Shown here: positions 1 through 9,010 of the stretch, one piece after another
How the letters are laid out: the number at the start of each line of letters is the position of its first letter
Numbering within the stretch: position 1 is the first letter of the stretch
NCBI GenBank assembly: GCA_965370395.1
Contig: CBDUUO010000001.1
Span: 1 to 31,080 of the forward strand
Direction of reading: 5' to 3'
DNA length: 31,080 nt
DNA from: an uncultured bacterium
GTDB lineage: Bacteria > Desulfobacterota > Desulfobacteria > Desulfobacterales > JAHEIW01
Program-made: the position numbers and the translations under genes
The notes under the pieces: generated by a model
Told to the model about the DNA's origin: nothing
Seen by the model: the letters and a program-made list of their open reading frames with translations, nothing else
Databases searched by the model: none

Positions 1-57
1 TCGTAAAAAGATCGCTTTTCTGACTTTTTACGAGATTATCAATAGTCAATATTCAAT
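1..57. repeat. REP-like inverted repeat fused to a heptamer-periodic tract (cut by window edge)
   Basis: TCGTAAAAAG (1-10) / CTTTTTACGA (24-33) perfect inverted repeat, followed by ATTATC-AATAGTC-AATATTC-AAT (35-57). Lies just downstream of the mvhD stop and may act as a terminator or stabiliser. Confidence 0.7.
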
Positions 58-65
58 GTATTTCT

Positions 66-497
66 TCAGGCCGCCTTGTTTTTCGATATCCGAATCGGAT
101 TGGGGCCCAACTCTTTTATTTTTTCAGTGATTTCGGTCGCATATTGCGCAAAGCGCGGTCCTTCGCTGGACGACAGATTGTACATTTGGGCCCGTTCGCC
201 GCCAACACCGATCGTCTCCAATATCTTCTGGGCCTGCTCTACCCGCCTGCGTGCCCTTAAATTGCCGGAGTTAAAATGACATTCACCTTCCAGGCATCCA
301 ATGACGGCCACGCCGTCAGCACCTTTTTCAAATGCCCGCATGATATGAATCACATCCACTTTTCCGGTGCATGGAACCCTTACGATCTTGACGTTTGTCG
401 GATATTGCAATCGCATCGAACCTGCCAGGTCCGCAGCCGTGTACCCTCAGAAATTACAGCAAAATGCGATAATAACCGGTTCAAAATTTTCAGCCAT
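66..497 (-). CDS. mvhD: MvhD/FlpD-type [2Fe-2S] hydrogenase delta subunit, selenoprotein (U17), 143 aa
   Basis: Reading upstream of the ORF-track start gives MAENFEPVIIAFCCNF-TGA-GYTAADLAGSMRLQYP, the canonical MvhD N-terminus. TGA at 447-449 is in frame. ATG at 497 has a GGAGG Shine-Dalgarno. Downstream motifs are VPCTGKV and GCLEGECHF. Confidence 0.95.
417..433 (-). promoter_or_regulatory. Putative bacterial SECIS hairpin of mvhD
   Basis: 13 nt after the UGA: CGGACCU-GGC-AGGUUCG, a 7-bp stem (one G-U) with a G-led loop 20 nt from the UGA. Confidence 0.7.
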
Positions 498-552
498 TTT
501 TTCCTCCAGATTAAAACTCGTTGCACTGCTATATAGCTATGGTGAATCTATT

Positions 553-684
553 AATTTCGAAACTCGAATATCGAAATCCGAAACAAATCCGAATATCAAA
601 TGATCAAAATTCAAAACTCCTTTAGAACATTTGGATTTAAGATTTAGCATTTGTTTCGAATTTCGGATTTCGTGCTTCGGATTT
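553..684. repeat. Heptamer-periodic imperfect inverted repeat (about 130 nt) between hdrL and mvhD
   Basis: Left arm TTCGAAA-CTCGAAT-ATCGAAA-TCCGAAA-CAAA-TCCGAAT pairs with right arm TTTG-TTTCGAA-TTTCGGA-TTTCGTG-CTTCGGA-TTT. Confidence 0.85.
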
Positions 685-734
685 TTTTTAGTTATTTGCC
701 TTAAATACCGAATTTTCACCTCCACCTTCGCCTT

Positions 735-3700
735 TTAAAGGACACCTTCTAGTAGCGCATCCACCTTACAAATAATCTGATCATCCTCGTACCAGTTGAG
801 CTGAATCGCTTTGGCCGGACATTCCGCCGTACAGATGCCGCAGCCATGGCAGAGGGCCTCATCGATTTCACTGACGCCGTCCGCATTAATTCTGGGCACA
901 TCGTACGGGCAGGATCGCACACAGATCAAACAGGAGGCACACTTGTCGGCTTCAACCTGGGCGGTGACCGCCGATAGCGTTAATTGCGGCTGGGACAAAA
1001 ATGTCACCGCCCGCGAAGCGGCCGCATAGGCCTGTGCAATGCTTTCGGATATCAGTTTGGGGCTATGTGCGGTGCCGCACACAAAAATCCCTTCGGTGGC
1101 CATATCGACCGGCCGTAATTTCACGTGGGCTTCCATGAAATAGCCTTCCGGCGTGCGGGCCAGTTTCACAATGGATGACAGCTCCTCGGTATCTTCGGCT
1201 TCCATACCGGCACTGAGCACCAGCAAATCGGTACTGACCTTCAGCTTTCGATTGAGCACGTGGTCGGTAAACGTAACCTCAACACCGTCTTTTGCGGCTT
1301 CGGCCACCGGCGGATCTTCGGGATCAAACCGGAAAAAGAAAACCCCCTGGCGCCGGGCCTCGGTGTAATAGTCTTCCAGAAGGCCATAGGTGCGGATATC
1401 GCGGTACAGCACATAAATTTGGGCATCCGGATATTTTTCCTTGATATGCAGTGCGTTTTTAACGGCCGTCTGACAGCAGACCCGGGAGCAATTGGGATTC
1501 TCATCGTTGCGCGATCCGATGCACTGGATCATAACCACCTGCTTGGGCTCCTCGAGTTCGCCTTTTTGCATGCGGTCGGCCAGCTCGAGTTGCGTCATCA
1601 CGCGCGGGTCATCTCCGTACAGGTATTCCTGGGGGCGATACTCGTGAGCGCCGGTGGCCAGAATAACCACGCCATGCGTAATTTTGCGCTGCACCACATC
1701 CGGGCCCACCAGAATTTCGGTGGTGAAGTTGCCTTTAAAGCCGGAAAAACCGACGACCAGCGAATTGGTGATCACCTGAATCTTTTCATGGGAGGTGACC
1801 CAGGAAACCAGGTCAGCGAGGTATTCACCGATATCGGCGCCTTCAATGGTTGCGGTCAGTTGTTTGGCCAATCCGCCCAGCTCGGCCTCTTTTTCAATTA
1901 AAATCACCTCATAGCCCTGATCTGCCAGGCCCCGGGCGGCATTCATGCCGGCCACACCCCCGCCGATGACCAGGCCTTTTTGAATCACCGGGATTTTCTT
2001 TTCCTGCAGCGGATGCAGTGTTCCTGCACGGGCCACCGACATGCGCACCAGGTCTTTGGCTTTTCCGGAGGCCGTTTCTGCGGTTTCGGAGTGCACCCAG
2101 GAATCCTGGTTGCGAATGTTGGCCATCTCAAACAGGTATTTGTTTAATCCGCAGGACTCCATGGTGTCCTGGAAAATAGGTTCATGGGTTTTGGGGCTGC
2201 AGGCCGCTACCACCACCCGGTTGAGCTTGTGTTCTTTGATGATCTCTTTCATCTGGTCCTGGGAATCCTGGGAGCAGGTAAACAGATTCTCCTGGGCGTA
2301 GACGACGTTGGGCAGCGTTTTGGCATATTCGGTCACACCCTTGACATCCACCACACTGGAGATGTTCACCCCGCAATTACAGACAAATACCCCCACCCGG
2401 GCATCCTGGTCGCTCACATCAATTTGTTCCGGAACTTCCACACTGCGGGTCAGCGTGTTGCGCGCCGCTCCCAGACGCGCGCCGGCGGCACAGGCCGCCG
2501 CACTCGCTTCGGTAATGGAGCTGGGAATGTCTTTGGGTTCCTGAAACACGCCGCAGGCGTAAACGCCCGGGCGTGTGGTTTTGACCGGGGTAAAGGGGTG
2601 CGTAAGGGCAAATCGGGAATCGTTGAGTTCAACACCGAGCCGCTCGGCCAGCTGAACGGTAGACTCCGGCACCTGCAGGCCGACCGACAGCACGACCATA
2701 TCAAATTCTTCAATCTGTAACTGGCCGGCATCATCCATGTAGCGAATGCTCAAATTTCCGGTATCACCGATTTCATCGATTGAATGAATTCGCGATTTGA
2801 TAAACCGAATGCCGGCATCTTTGGCGCGGTTATAATATTTCTCGTAATCTTTGCCAAAGGTGCGGATATCCATATTGAAAACCACACAATCCAGATCTTC
2901 ATCGGCATGTTCTTTGGCAATCATGGAATCTTTAATGGCATACATGCAGCAAACCGACGAACAGTAACTATTGCCGCATTGGTTGGTATCTCTTGAGCCG
3001 ACGCATTGCAGCCAGGCGATCTTTTTTGGATCTTTGCCGTCTGAGGGCCGTTGCAGATGTCCCATGGTCGGGCCCGAGGCGGCCAGGATACGTTCAAATT
3101 CCAGGCTGGTCAGCACATTGGGGCTGGTTTTGTAATGATAGACGTTTTCAAGGGGGGAGGGGTCATAGGGCTCGCTGCCGGCCGTAATAATAACGGAGCC
3201 GACTTCAATTTCCTGAATTTGGGCTTGCTGACTGTGATCAATCGCATTGGCCAGACAGGCCGCCACGCACTGATAGCACTCGCAGCAGTAGCCGCAGTTC
3301 AGACAGCGGGCGGCTTCCGCCCGGCCTTCCTCTTCGGCATAACCCAGTTCCACTTCATTAAAATTGCCTTTGCGCTTATCAACGGCAAGTTCGGGCATCT
3401 TGGCGCGTTCCACAATGGGTTCGTCTTCCGCAACGGGACGGTAAACCGGGTTTTCATTTACAACCGGCTCACGGCCTTCAGCCATGTCGCGTTTTTCAAT
3501 ATAGCGCAAGATCGACTCCGCCGCCTCTTTGCCGGCACCGATGGCGCCGATAGCCACCCAGGGACCGGTCTGCAGGTCACCGCCGGCAAACACCCCCTCG
3601 TGTTCGGTCGCATAGGTGATGGAGTCGACTTCGGTCGTTCCCCAGCGGGTATAGGTTAGCCCGGTAATATCCTCCAGCGCAGAGAGATCCGGTCTCTGGC

Positions 3701-5165
3701 CGATGGCCGGGATCAGCTGATCGATTTCAATTTCATACTCGCTTCCCGGAATCGGTATGGGACGTTTACGGCCCGATGAGTCGGGTTCGCTGAGCTCCAT
3801 GCGAATACAGCGCAATCCGACCACCTTGCCATCCCGGGTTAAACTCTCCTGGGGTGCCGACAGATAGGTGATTTGAACGCCCTCATCTTCGGCGGCCTGG
3901 ATTTCTTCTTCCCAGGCTGGCATTTCATTGCGGCTGCGCCGGTAAACGATATTGACTTCGGCGGCTCCCAGCCGCACAGCCGCGCGGGCCACATCGATGG
4001 CAACGTTTCCCCCGCCGATAATCGCCACCTTCTTGCCGGTGGCGGCTTTGCCGGTCAGATTCACTTCTTTGAGAAAATCAACGCCCTGACGAACGCCGCT
4101 GGACTTTTCGCCGGGGATGCCCAGTTCAATACCCTGGTGCGCGCCGATCGCCAGATAAACGGCCTTGTAACCGTCATCCAGCAGGCCGTCGATGGTGACG
4201 TCGCTGCCCAGCGCCGTATTGGTCTTGAGTTCCACACCCAGGTTGGTAATGACTTCGATTTCCCGGTCTAAAATCTCGCGCGGCAGGCGGTGGGCGGGAA
4301 TACCGACCCGGAGCATGCCGCCCGGTTCGGGCAGAGATTCAAATATGGTGGATAAAATGCCTTTTTTGGCCAGGTGGTAGGCACAGGAAAGCCCGGCCGG
4401 ACCGGAGCCGATAATGGCGACCTTTTCCTTTTTGAGCGGGGCACATTTAATTTCCACCTTGCGGGGATCAAACTTATCGGCTGCCAGGCGCTTTAAGTCC
4501 CGGATCGCCACCGGTTGTTCCACTTCGCAACGGCGGCAGGCATCTTCACACCCGTGGGGGCAGATGCGCCCCAGCACACCGGGAAGCGGCAGGTCTTCCA
4601 TAATGATTTCCAGGGCTTCCTTATACTTGCCCACTTTGACCATCTGCACATAGCCCTGCACATTCAAGCCACCCGGACACGCCAACCGGCACGGGGCCTT
4701 GTCTGCCTTCTGAATGGCATAGGCGCCGGGTATGGCCTGGGCGTATTGCTTGAAAGCGGCCTTTTTGGTTGCCAGGCCTTCGTCATATTCGCTCGACAGA
4801 TCTACCGGACAGACCGTGGTACACTCACCACAGCTGGTACATTTGGAAAGGTCAATATAGCGCGGGTTTTGACGAATGCGGGCTTTAAAATCCCCCGGTT
4901 CGCCTTCAAGTTCTAAAAGTTCGCTGTTGGTTAAAAGCTCAATGTTTAAATGCCGGCCGACCTCGACCAGTTTAGGTGAGATGATTCACATCGCACAGTC
5001 GTTGGTGGGAAACGTCTTATCGAGCTGAGACATCAGTCCGCCGATGGCAGATGACTTTTCGACCAGATGAACCAGGTAACCGGAATTGGCCAGATCCAGA
5101 GAGGCCTGCATCCCGGCAATTCCGCCGCCGACAACCATTACAGATCCATGGACTTTGTCCGTCAT
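735..5165 (-). CDS. hdrL: HdrL-type heterodisulfide reductase A-like flavoprotein (HdrA modules plus a GltD/NfnB-like NAD(P)H module), selenoprotein (U60), 1476 aa
   Basis: ATG 5165 with AAGGAG SD. MTDKVHGSVMVVGGGIAGMQASLDLA...LDKTFPTNDCAM-TGA-IISPKLVEVGRH continues in frame (TGA 4986-4988) into the 1316-aa ORF. Motifs: CTSCGECTTVCP, CPHGCEDACRR, GSGPAG, GGGNVA..YRR, CSSVCC, VFVCNCG, VVVAACSP, GGGVAG, CSRVCC and two C-terminal CxxCxxCxxxCP. Confidence 0.93.
4953..4970 (-). promoter_or_regulatory. Putative bacterial SECIS hairpin of hdrL
   Basis: 15 nt after the UGA: CUGGUCG-AGGU-CGGCCGG, a 7-bp stem (two G-U) with an AGGU loop 22 nt from the UGA. Confidence 0.65.
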
Positions 5166-5231
5166 ACCGTCTTACTCCTTTGGGTAATCATAATTTGACT
5201 TTGATACTTGAACAGACAGAGATGATCAGCG

Positions 5232-5260
5232 TTCGCAATTCACGCCGGTGAAAGCGCGAA
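5232..5260 (-). other. Hairpin/palindrome at the predicted hdrL transcription start
   Basis: Minus strand TTCGC-GCT-TTCAC-CGGC-GTGAA-TT-GCGAA, starting about 7 nt below the predicted -10. Confidence 0.45.
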
Positions 5261-5266
5261 GGAGCG

Positions 5267-5295
5267 AACTTACTTATTTTAATTCATTTTGTCAA
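5267..5295 (-). promoter_or_regulatory. Sigma-70 promoter of hdrL-mvhD
   Basis: Minus strand TTGACA-17 nt-TAAGTT, about 100 nt upstream of ATG 5165. Confidence 0.65.
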
Positions 5296-5507
5296 CCGAT
5301 ATTTGCACTAACCTCGCCTTGTTCAACGCTGGATTGCGATACCTGTTTGCCCGCTTTGCAATCAAAAATACGCTTGAAACCGACTCCTGTGCGTGATAGG
5401 TTTTTGAGCTTATGCAAGCAGGTGTCATTCCACACTGTGAACGAGATCAGTATTTACACCCAGCATCCATTCGTGCCTTTTGGATGCTTTATTAGGAATC
5501 ATTCATC

Positions 5508-7085
5508 ATGCCAGAACAACAGCGTTCAATCATTAACATCGGTCTGGTGGGCGGCGGGGACTTTTGCAAGGAAATCCTTGAAAAAACAACCGCCGTTTAT
5601 GAAGAGGCGGAAATGGTGGCGCCCATAATAGCGGTCGCCGATCCGGATCCTGAAAGTCCCGGCCGGAAACTCGCCAGCAAGCTCGGCCTGTTGACGTTTG
5701 ACGACTACAAGCAACTTTATGACCCAAGATACAGCATTCACCTGATTATTATCCTGACCCCGCAGTCGCAAATTTTTGAAAATATTTTAGATACCCGCCC
5801 CTCCCGCATCAGAATCCTTACTTACCAGGTGTTTCGCATGTTCTGGAAAGCCATCGGTCAGGAAGAACAAAAATTGCGGGAACGAACCAAAGAAATGGAG
5901 ACCATCCTAAACGGTATCGATGACTTTATTCTGGTGATTACCCCGGACATGGAAATTCTGGAGGCCAATGCATCTTTTCTAAACAAAATAGGATACAGCC
6001 ACGATAATGTGATCGGCAAAAAATGCCATGAAATCTACTTCAACCTGGCAGAGCAGTGTAAACCGGAAGAAATAGACTGTCCGTTGCAAGAAGTGGTTCG
6101 CAATAAACGACCCGCAAGAAAAATTCAAACACGCGTGTTGCCCAACGGCGAAAACCGCTATTACGAGGTCAACATCTACCCCATCTGGGAAAAACACGGC
6201 AAGGTCTCAAAATTCATCCACATCAGCCGGGATATTACGCAACACAAAAGGGAAGAAGCAGAAATTACCCGTCGCCTGGAACAAATGGTCGAAGAGCGAA
6301 CCCGGCAATTAAAGGAAACTCACAAGAAACTGCTCCACCAGGACAAGATGGCTTCGTTGGGCAAACTTTCCGCTTCAGTGGTCCATGAAATCAACAACCC
6401 CATCGCCGGCATCCTGAATTTGATTATGCTGATGGAACGCATCGTTGAAGAAGATACCATCGGCACCAAGGAAATCGATCAATTCAGCCGGTACCTGGCG
6501 CTAATGGAAACCGAAACGCGGCGCACCAGCCGGATTGTATCCAATCTTTTGGCCTTCTCGCGTCAATCCAAAATGGAGCTCAAACTAATCAGCCTGAATC
6601 GGCTGATTGAACAGACACTGTTTTTAAACTCCAATCTGCTCAAAATAGATGGGGTAAAAGTGGAAACCGATCTTGACCCGGACCTGCCGGATATGGTCGG
6701 CTCTGAGGACCAGCTGCAGCAGGTGTTCATGAACCTGGTTTCGAATGCCGCGGAAGCCATGGAATCCAAAGACGGCGGTCGTCTGCGCATTGAAACCCGG
6801 CACTCGTTGCGCGACGATAAACTGCTGGTCGCTTTTAAAGACACCGGCATCGGCATCCCGGAAGCAAATTTATCGAAGCTTTTTGAACCGTTTTTTACCA
6901 CCAAAAAGAAAGGCAAAGGCGTGGGGCTGGGCCTTTCGGTGGCCTATGGCATCATCCAGGAACACGGCGGTTCCATCTATGTAAAATCCAAGGTGGAAAA
7001 AGGCACAACGTTTAACGTCAGGTTTCCTTTAAAACCGGCCTCAGACAAACTTGACCCGCATGGAGGTTTCAGTGAGCAATATTAA
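5508..7085 (+). CDS. Cytoplasmic sensor histidine kinase: N-terminal Rossmann-like (Gfo/Idh/MocA-like) domain, PAS, HisKA, HATPase_c
   Basis: INIGLVGGGDFC...IAVADPD...HLIIILTP N-terminus. PAS with GKKCH..C..CP. H-box VVHEINNPIAGI, N-box NLVSNAAEAM, DTGIGI, FFTTK, GVGLGL. No obvious TM helix. Confidence 0.9.
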   Translation: MPEQQRSIINIGLVGGGDFCKEILEKTTAVYEEAEMVAPIIAVADPDPESPGRKLASKLGLLTFDDYKQLYDPRYSIHLIIILTPQSQIFENILDTRPSRIRILTYQVFRMFWKAIGQEEQKLRERTKEMETILNGIDDFILVITPDMEILEANASFLNKIGYSHDNVIGKKCHEIYFNLAEQCKPEEIDCPLQEVVRNKRPARKIQTRVLPNGENRYYEVNIYPIWEKHGKVSKFIHISRDITQHKREEAEITRRLEQMVEERTRQLKETHKKLLHQDKMASLGKLSASVVHEINNPIAGILNLIMLMERIVEEDTIGTKEIDQFSRYLALMETETRRTSRIVSNLLAFSRQSKMELKLISLNRLIEQTLFLNSNLLKIDGVKVETDLDPDLPDMVGSEDQLQQVFMNLVSNAAEAMESKDGGRLRIETRHSLRDDKLLVAFKDTGIGIPEANLSKLFEPFFTTKKKGKGVGLGLSVAYGIIQEHGGSIYVKSKVEKGTTFNVRFPLKPASDKLDPHGGFSEQY

Positions 7086-8409
7086 GATTCTGATTGTGGA
7101 TGATGAATTGATCATGCGCGAATCTCTAGCCGGCTGGCTGGAACGTGACGGACATACCGTGCAGACCGCCGCCAGCGGCGAAGAGGCTTTAGCGAAAATA
7201 AAAGAAACTCAGTTTAACATTTTCCTGGTGGATATCAAAATGGAGGGCATGAGCGGTCTGGACGTTTTGCGCAGCGTCAAAGAAAGCGACCCCGATGCTG
7301 AAGTCGTCATGATCACTGCCTACGGCTCCATTCCATCGGCCATCGAGGCCATGAAAGACGGCGCCTATGACTACATGCTCAAGCCGTTTGATCCCAATGA
7401 ACTGGGGGTGTTGATCGAAAAAATTATCCGCTACCAGGAACAGGCGCGAGAAAATATATATCTAAAGGAGCAATACAAGGAACGCACCCGTTTCGAGAGT
7501 ATGATCGGTCAGTCCAGACCCATGCAGGAAATATTTGACCTCATTTGCGACGTGGCCCCCATGGATTCAACCGTGCTGATCACCGGTGAGACCGGCACCG
7601 GGAAAGGTCTGGCCGCCAAGGCCATTCACACCAACAGTTCCCGTCGGGAAGGACCCTTTGTGACCGTCAACTGTGGCTCCATTCCGGAGCATCTGATGGA
7701 AAGTGAATTATTCGGCCATCAGAAAGGCGCGTTCACCGATGCCAAAGAAACCAAAAAAGGCCGTCTGGAAATGACCCACGGCGGCACCTTGTTTTTGGAC
7801 GAGATCGGTGAAATCAGCATGCGGATGCAAATTGATCTATTGCGGGTGCTGGAAGATCGCGTGTTTTACCGCGTGGGGGGTACCCAGCCCATTGAACCCG
7901 ATTTCAGGGTCATTGCCGCCACCAATCGAAATCTTGAAGCAGCCATCAAAGCGGGCGCATTTCGTGAAGACTTATTTTACCGCTTAAACGTCATTTCATT
8001 TATAATGCCCCCTTTAAATCAACGCAAGGAAGACATTCCGCTACTGGCAGAGCATTTTCTTTATCGTTTTTCCCAGGAGACCAACAAACCGACTGATAAA
8101 ATCAGTCGCGAAGCCATGGACGAAATGATGCTATATGACTGGCCGGGGAATATTCGGGAACTGGAAAATGCTATCGAACGTGCAGTTGTTGTGGGCAAGC
8201 AACGCGAAATTCTACCCGAAGATCTGCCGATTTTCTGCCATGAACCCGCACTGGCAACAAGAGCCAATTCTCTTAAAGAAGTGGAAAAGGCCCATATTCA
8301 GCAAGTGCTCATCGAAAATCAAGGGAACATTGCCAAAAGCGCGAAAATCCTGGGAATTGATCGTTCCACCCTCTATAGCAAAATCAAACGCTATAATATT
8401 GACAAATAA
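7072..8409 (+). CDS. Sigma-54-dependent response regulator (NtrC family: REC, AAA+, HTH)
   Basis: GTG 7072 after a GGAGG SD (preferred over 7051). ILIVDDE, VDIKMEG, GETGTGK, ESELFGH, GAFTDA, LFLDEIGE, WPGNIRELEN and C-terminal LGIDRSTLYSK. Confidence 0.93.
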   Translation: MSNIKILIVDDELIMRESLAGWLERDGHTVQTAASGEEALAKIKETQFNIFLVDIKMEGMSGLDVLRSVKESDPDAEVVMITAYGSIPSAIEAMKDGAYDYMLKPFDPNELGVLIEKIIRYQEQARENIYLKEQYKERTRFESMIGQSRPMQEIFDLICDVAPMDSTVLITGETGTGKGLAAKAIHTNSSRREGPFVTVNCGSIPEHLMESELFGHQKGAFTDAKETKKGRLEMTHGGTLFLDEIGEISMRMQIDLLRVLEDRVFYRVGGTQPIEPDFRVIAATNRNLEAAIKAGAFREDLFYRLNVISFIMPPLNQRKEDIPLLAEHFLYRFSQETNKPTDKISREAMDEMMLYDWPGNIRELENAIERAVVVGKQREILPEDLPIFCHEPALATRANSLKEVEKAHIQQVLIENQGNIAKSAKILGIDRSTLYSKIKRYNIDK

Positions 8410-8410
8410 C

Positions 8411-8968
8411 TTGACGCCTCAACCCGCAAATAGAATCATCATCTCACCCATCGGAGACTTTACACCCGATTTATTGGACCCGATCAGAGACGAGATAAAA
8501 CGGATTTACGGATATCCAACAGAAGTCCTGCCCCTTCTGGATGACCTTGAGTTTGCGTTTCATCCCAATCGAAATCAATATCATTCCACCCCTGTTTTGG
8601 AACAATTAGCGCTTAAAGCACCTGCCGACGCTATAAAGGTGCTGGCCCTGGTTCAGGTGGATCTGTTCATCCCGATTTTAACCCATGTTTACGGAGAGGC
8701 CCAGCTTGGCGGTATGGCCTGCATTGTGTCCACCATTCGGCTCAATGAGGGCCACAGCGCCTTAAGCACTCAGGAACCGTTTTTCAGTCGCATTGTCAAG
8801 GAGGCCATCCACGAACTGGGCCATACCTTTAAATTGCGCCATTGCCGGGAACATACCTGCCTGATGCATTACTGCCGCAATGAGAGCGATGTGGATCGCA
8901 AATCGGATCAACTGTGCCGCTATTGCAAGGTTCTACTGGACGATGAGATAAAAAGGCTGGTGAAATAA
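8411..8968 (+). CDS. Archaemetzincin-family (peptidase M54-like) zinc metalloprotease
   Basis: HELGHTFKLRH-C-x4-C-x-M...CRYC and DLFIPILTHVYGEAQL. Start placed at TTG 8411, just after the regulator stop. The start is uncertain because the frame is open from 8135 inside the regulator gene. Confidence 0.85.
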   Translation: MTPQPANRIIISPIGDFTPDLLDPIRDEIKRIYGYPTEVLPLLDDLEFAFHPNRNQYHSTPVLEQLALKAPADAIKVLALVQVDLFIPILTHVYGEAQLGGMACIVSTIRLNEGHSALSTQEPFFSRIVKEAIHELGHTFKLRHCREHTCLMHYCRNESDVDRKSDQLCRYCKVLLDDEIKRLVK

Positions 8969-9010
8969 GTTCTCACCAGCCAATAAGGAAGATGGTTGTC
9001 CAAAGAGAAG

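Noticed and set aside
537-725. 62-aa minus-strand ORF between hdrL and mvhD
   Set aside because: It is the translation of the heptamer inverted repeat (K/N/S/F-rich, no family motif). Treated as spurious.
5413-5427. Sigma-54-like TGACAC-CTGC-TTGCA upstream of hdrL
   Set aside because: GA instead of GG and 9-nt rather than 10-nt spacing. A good sigma-70 promoter exists at 5267-5295.
8135-8410. 277-aa version of the archaemetzincin overlapping the regulator by 275 nt
   Set aside because: The extension has no protease-like features and overlaps the AAA+/HTH coding region. A start near 8411 fits the family length.
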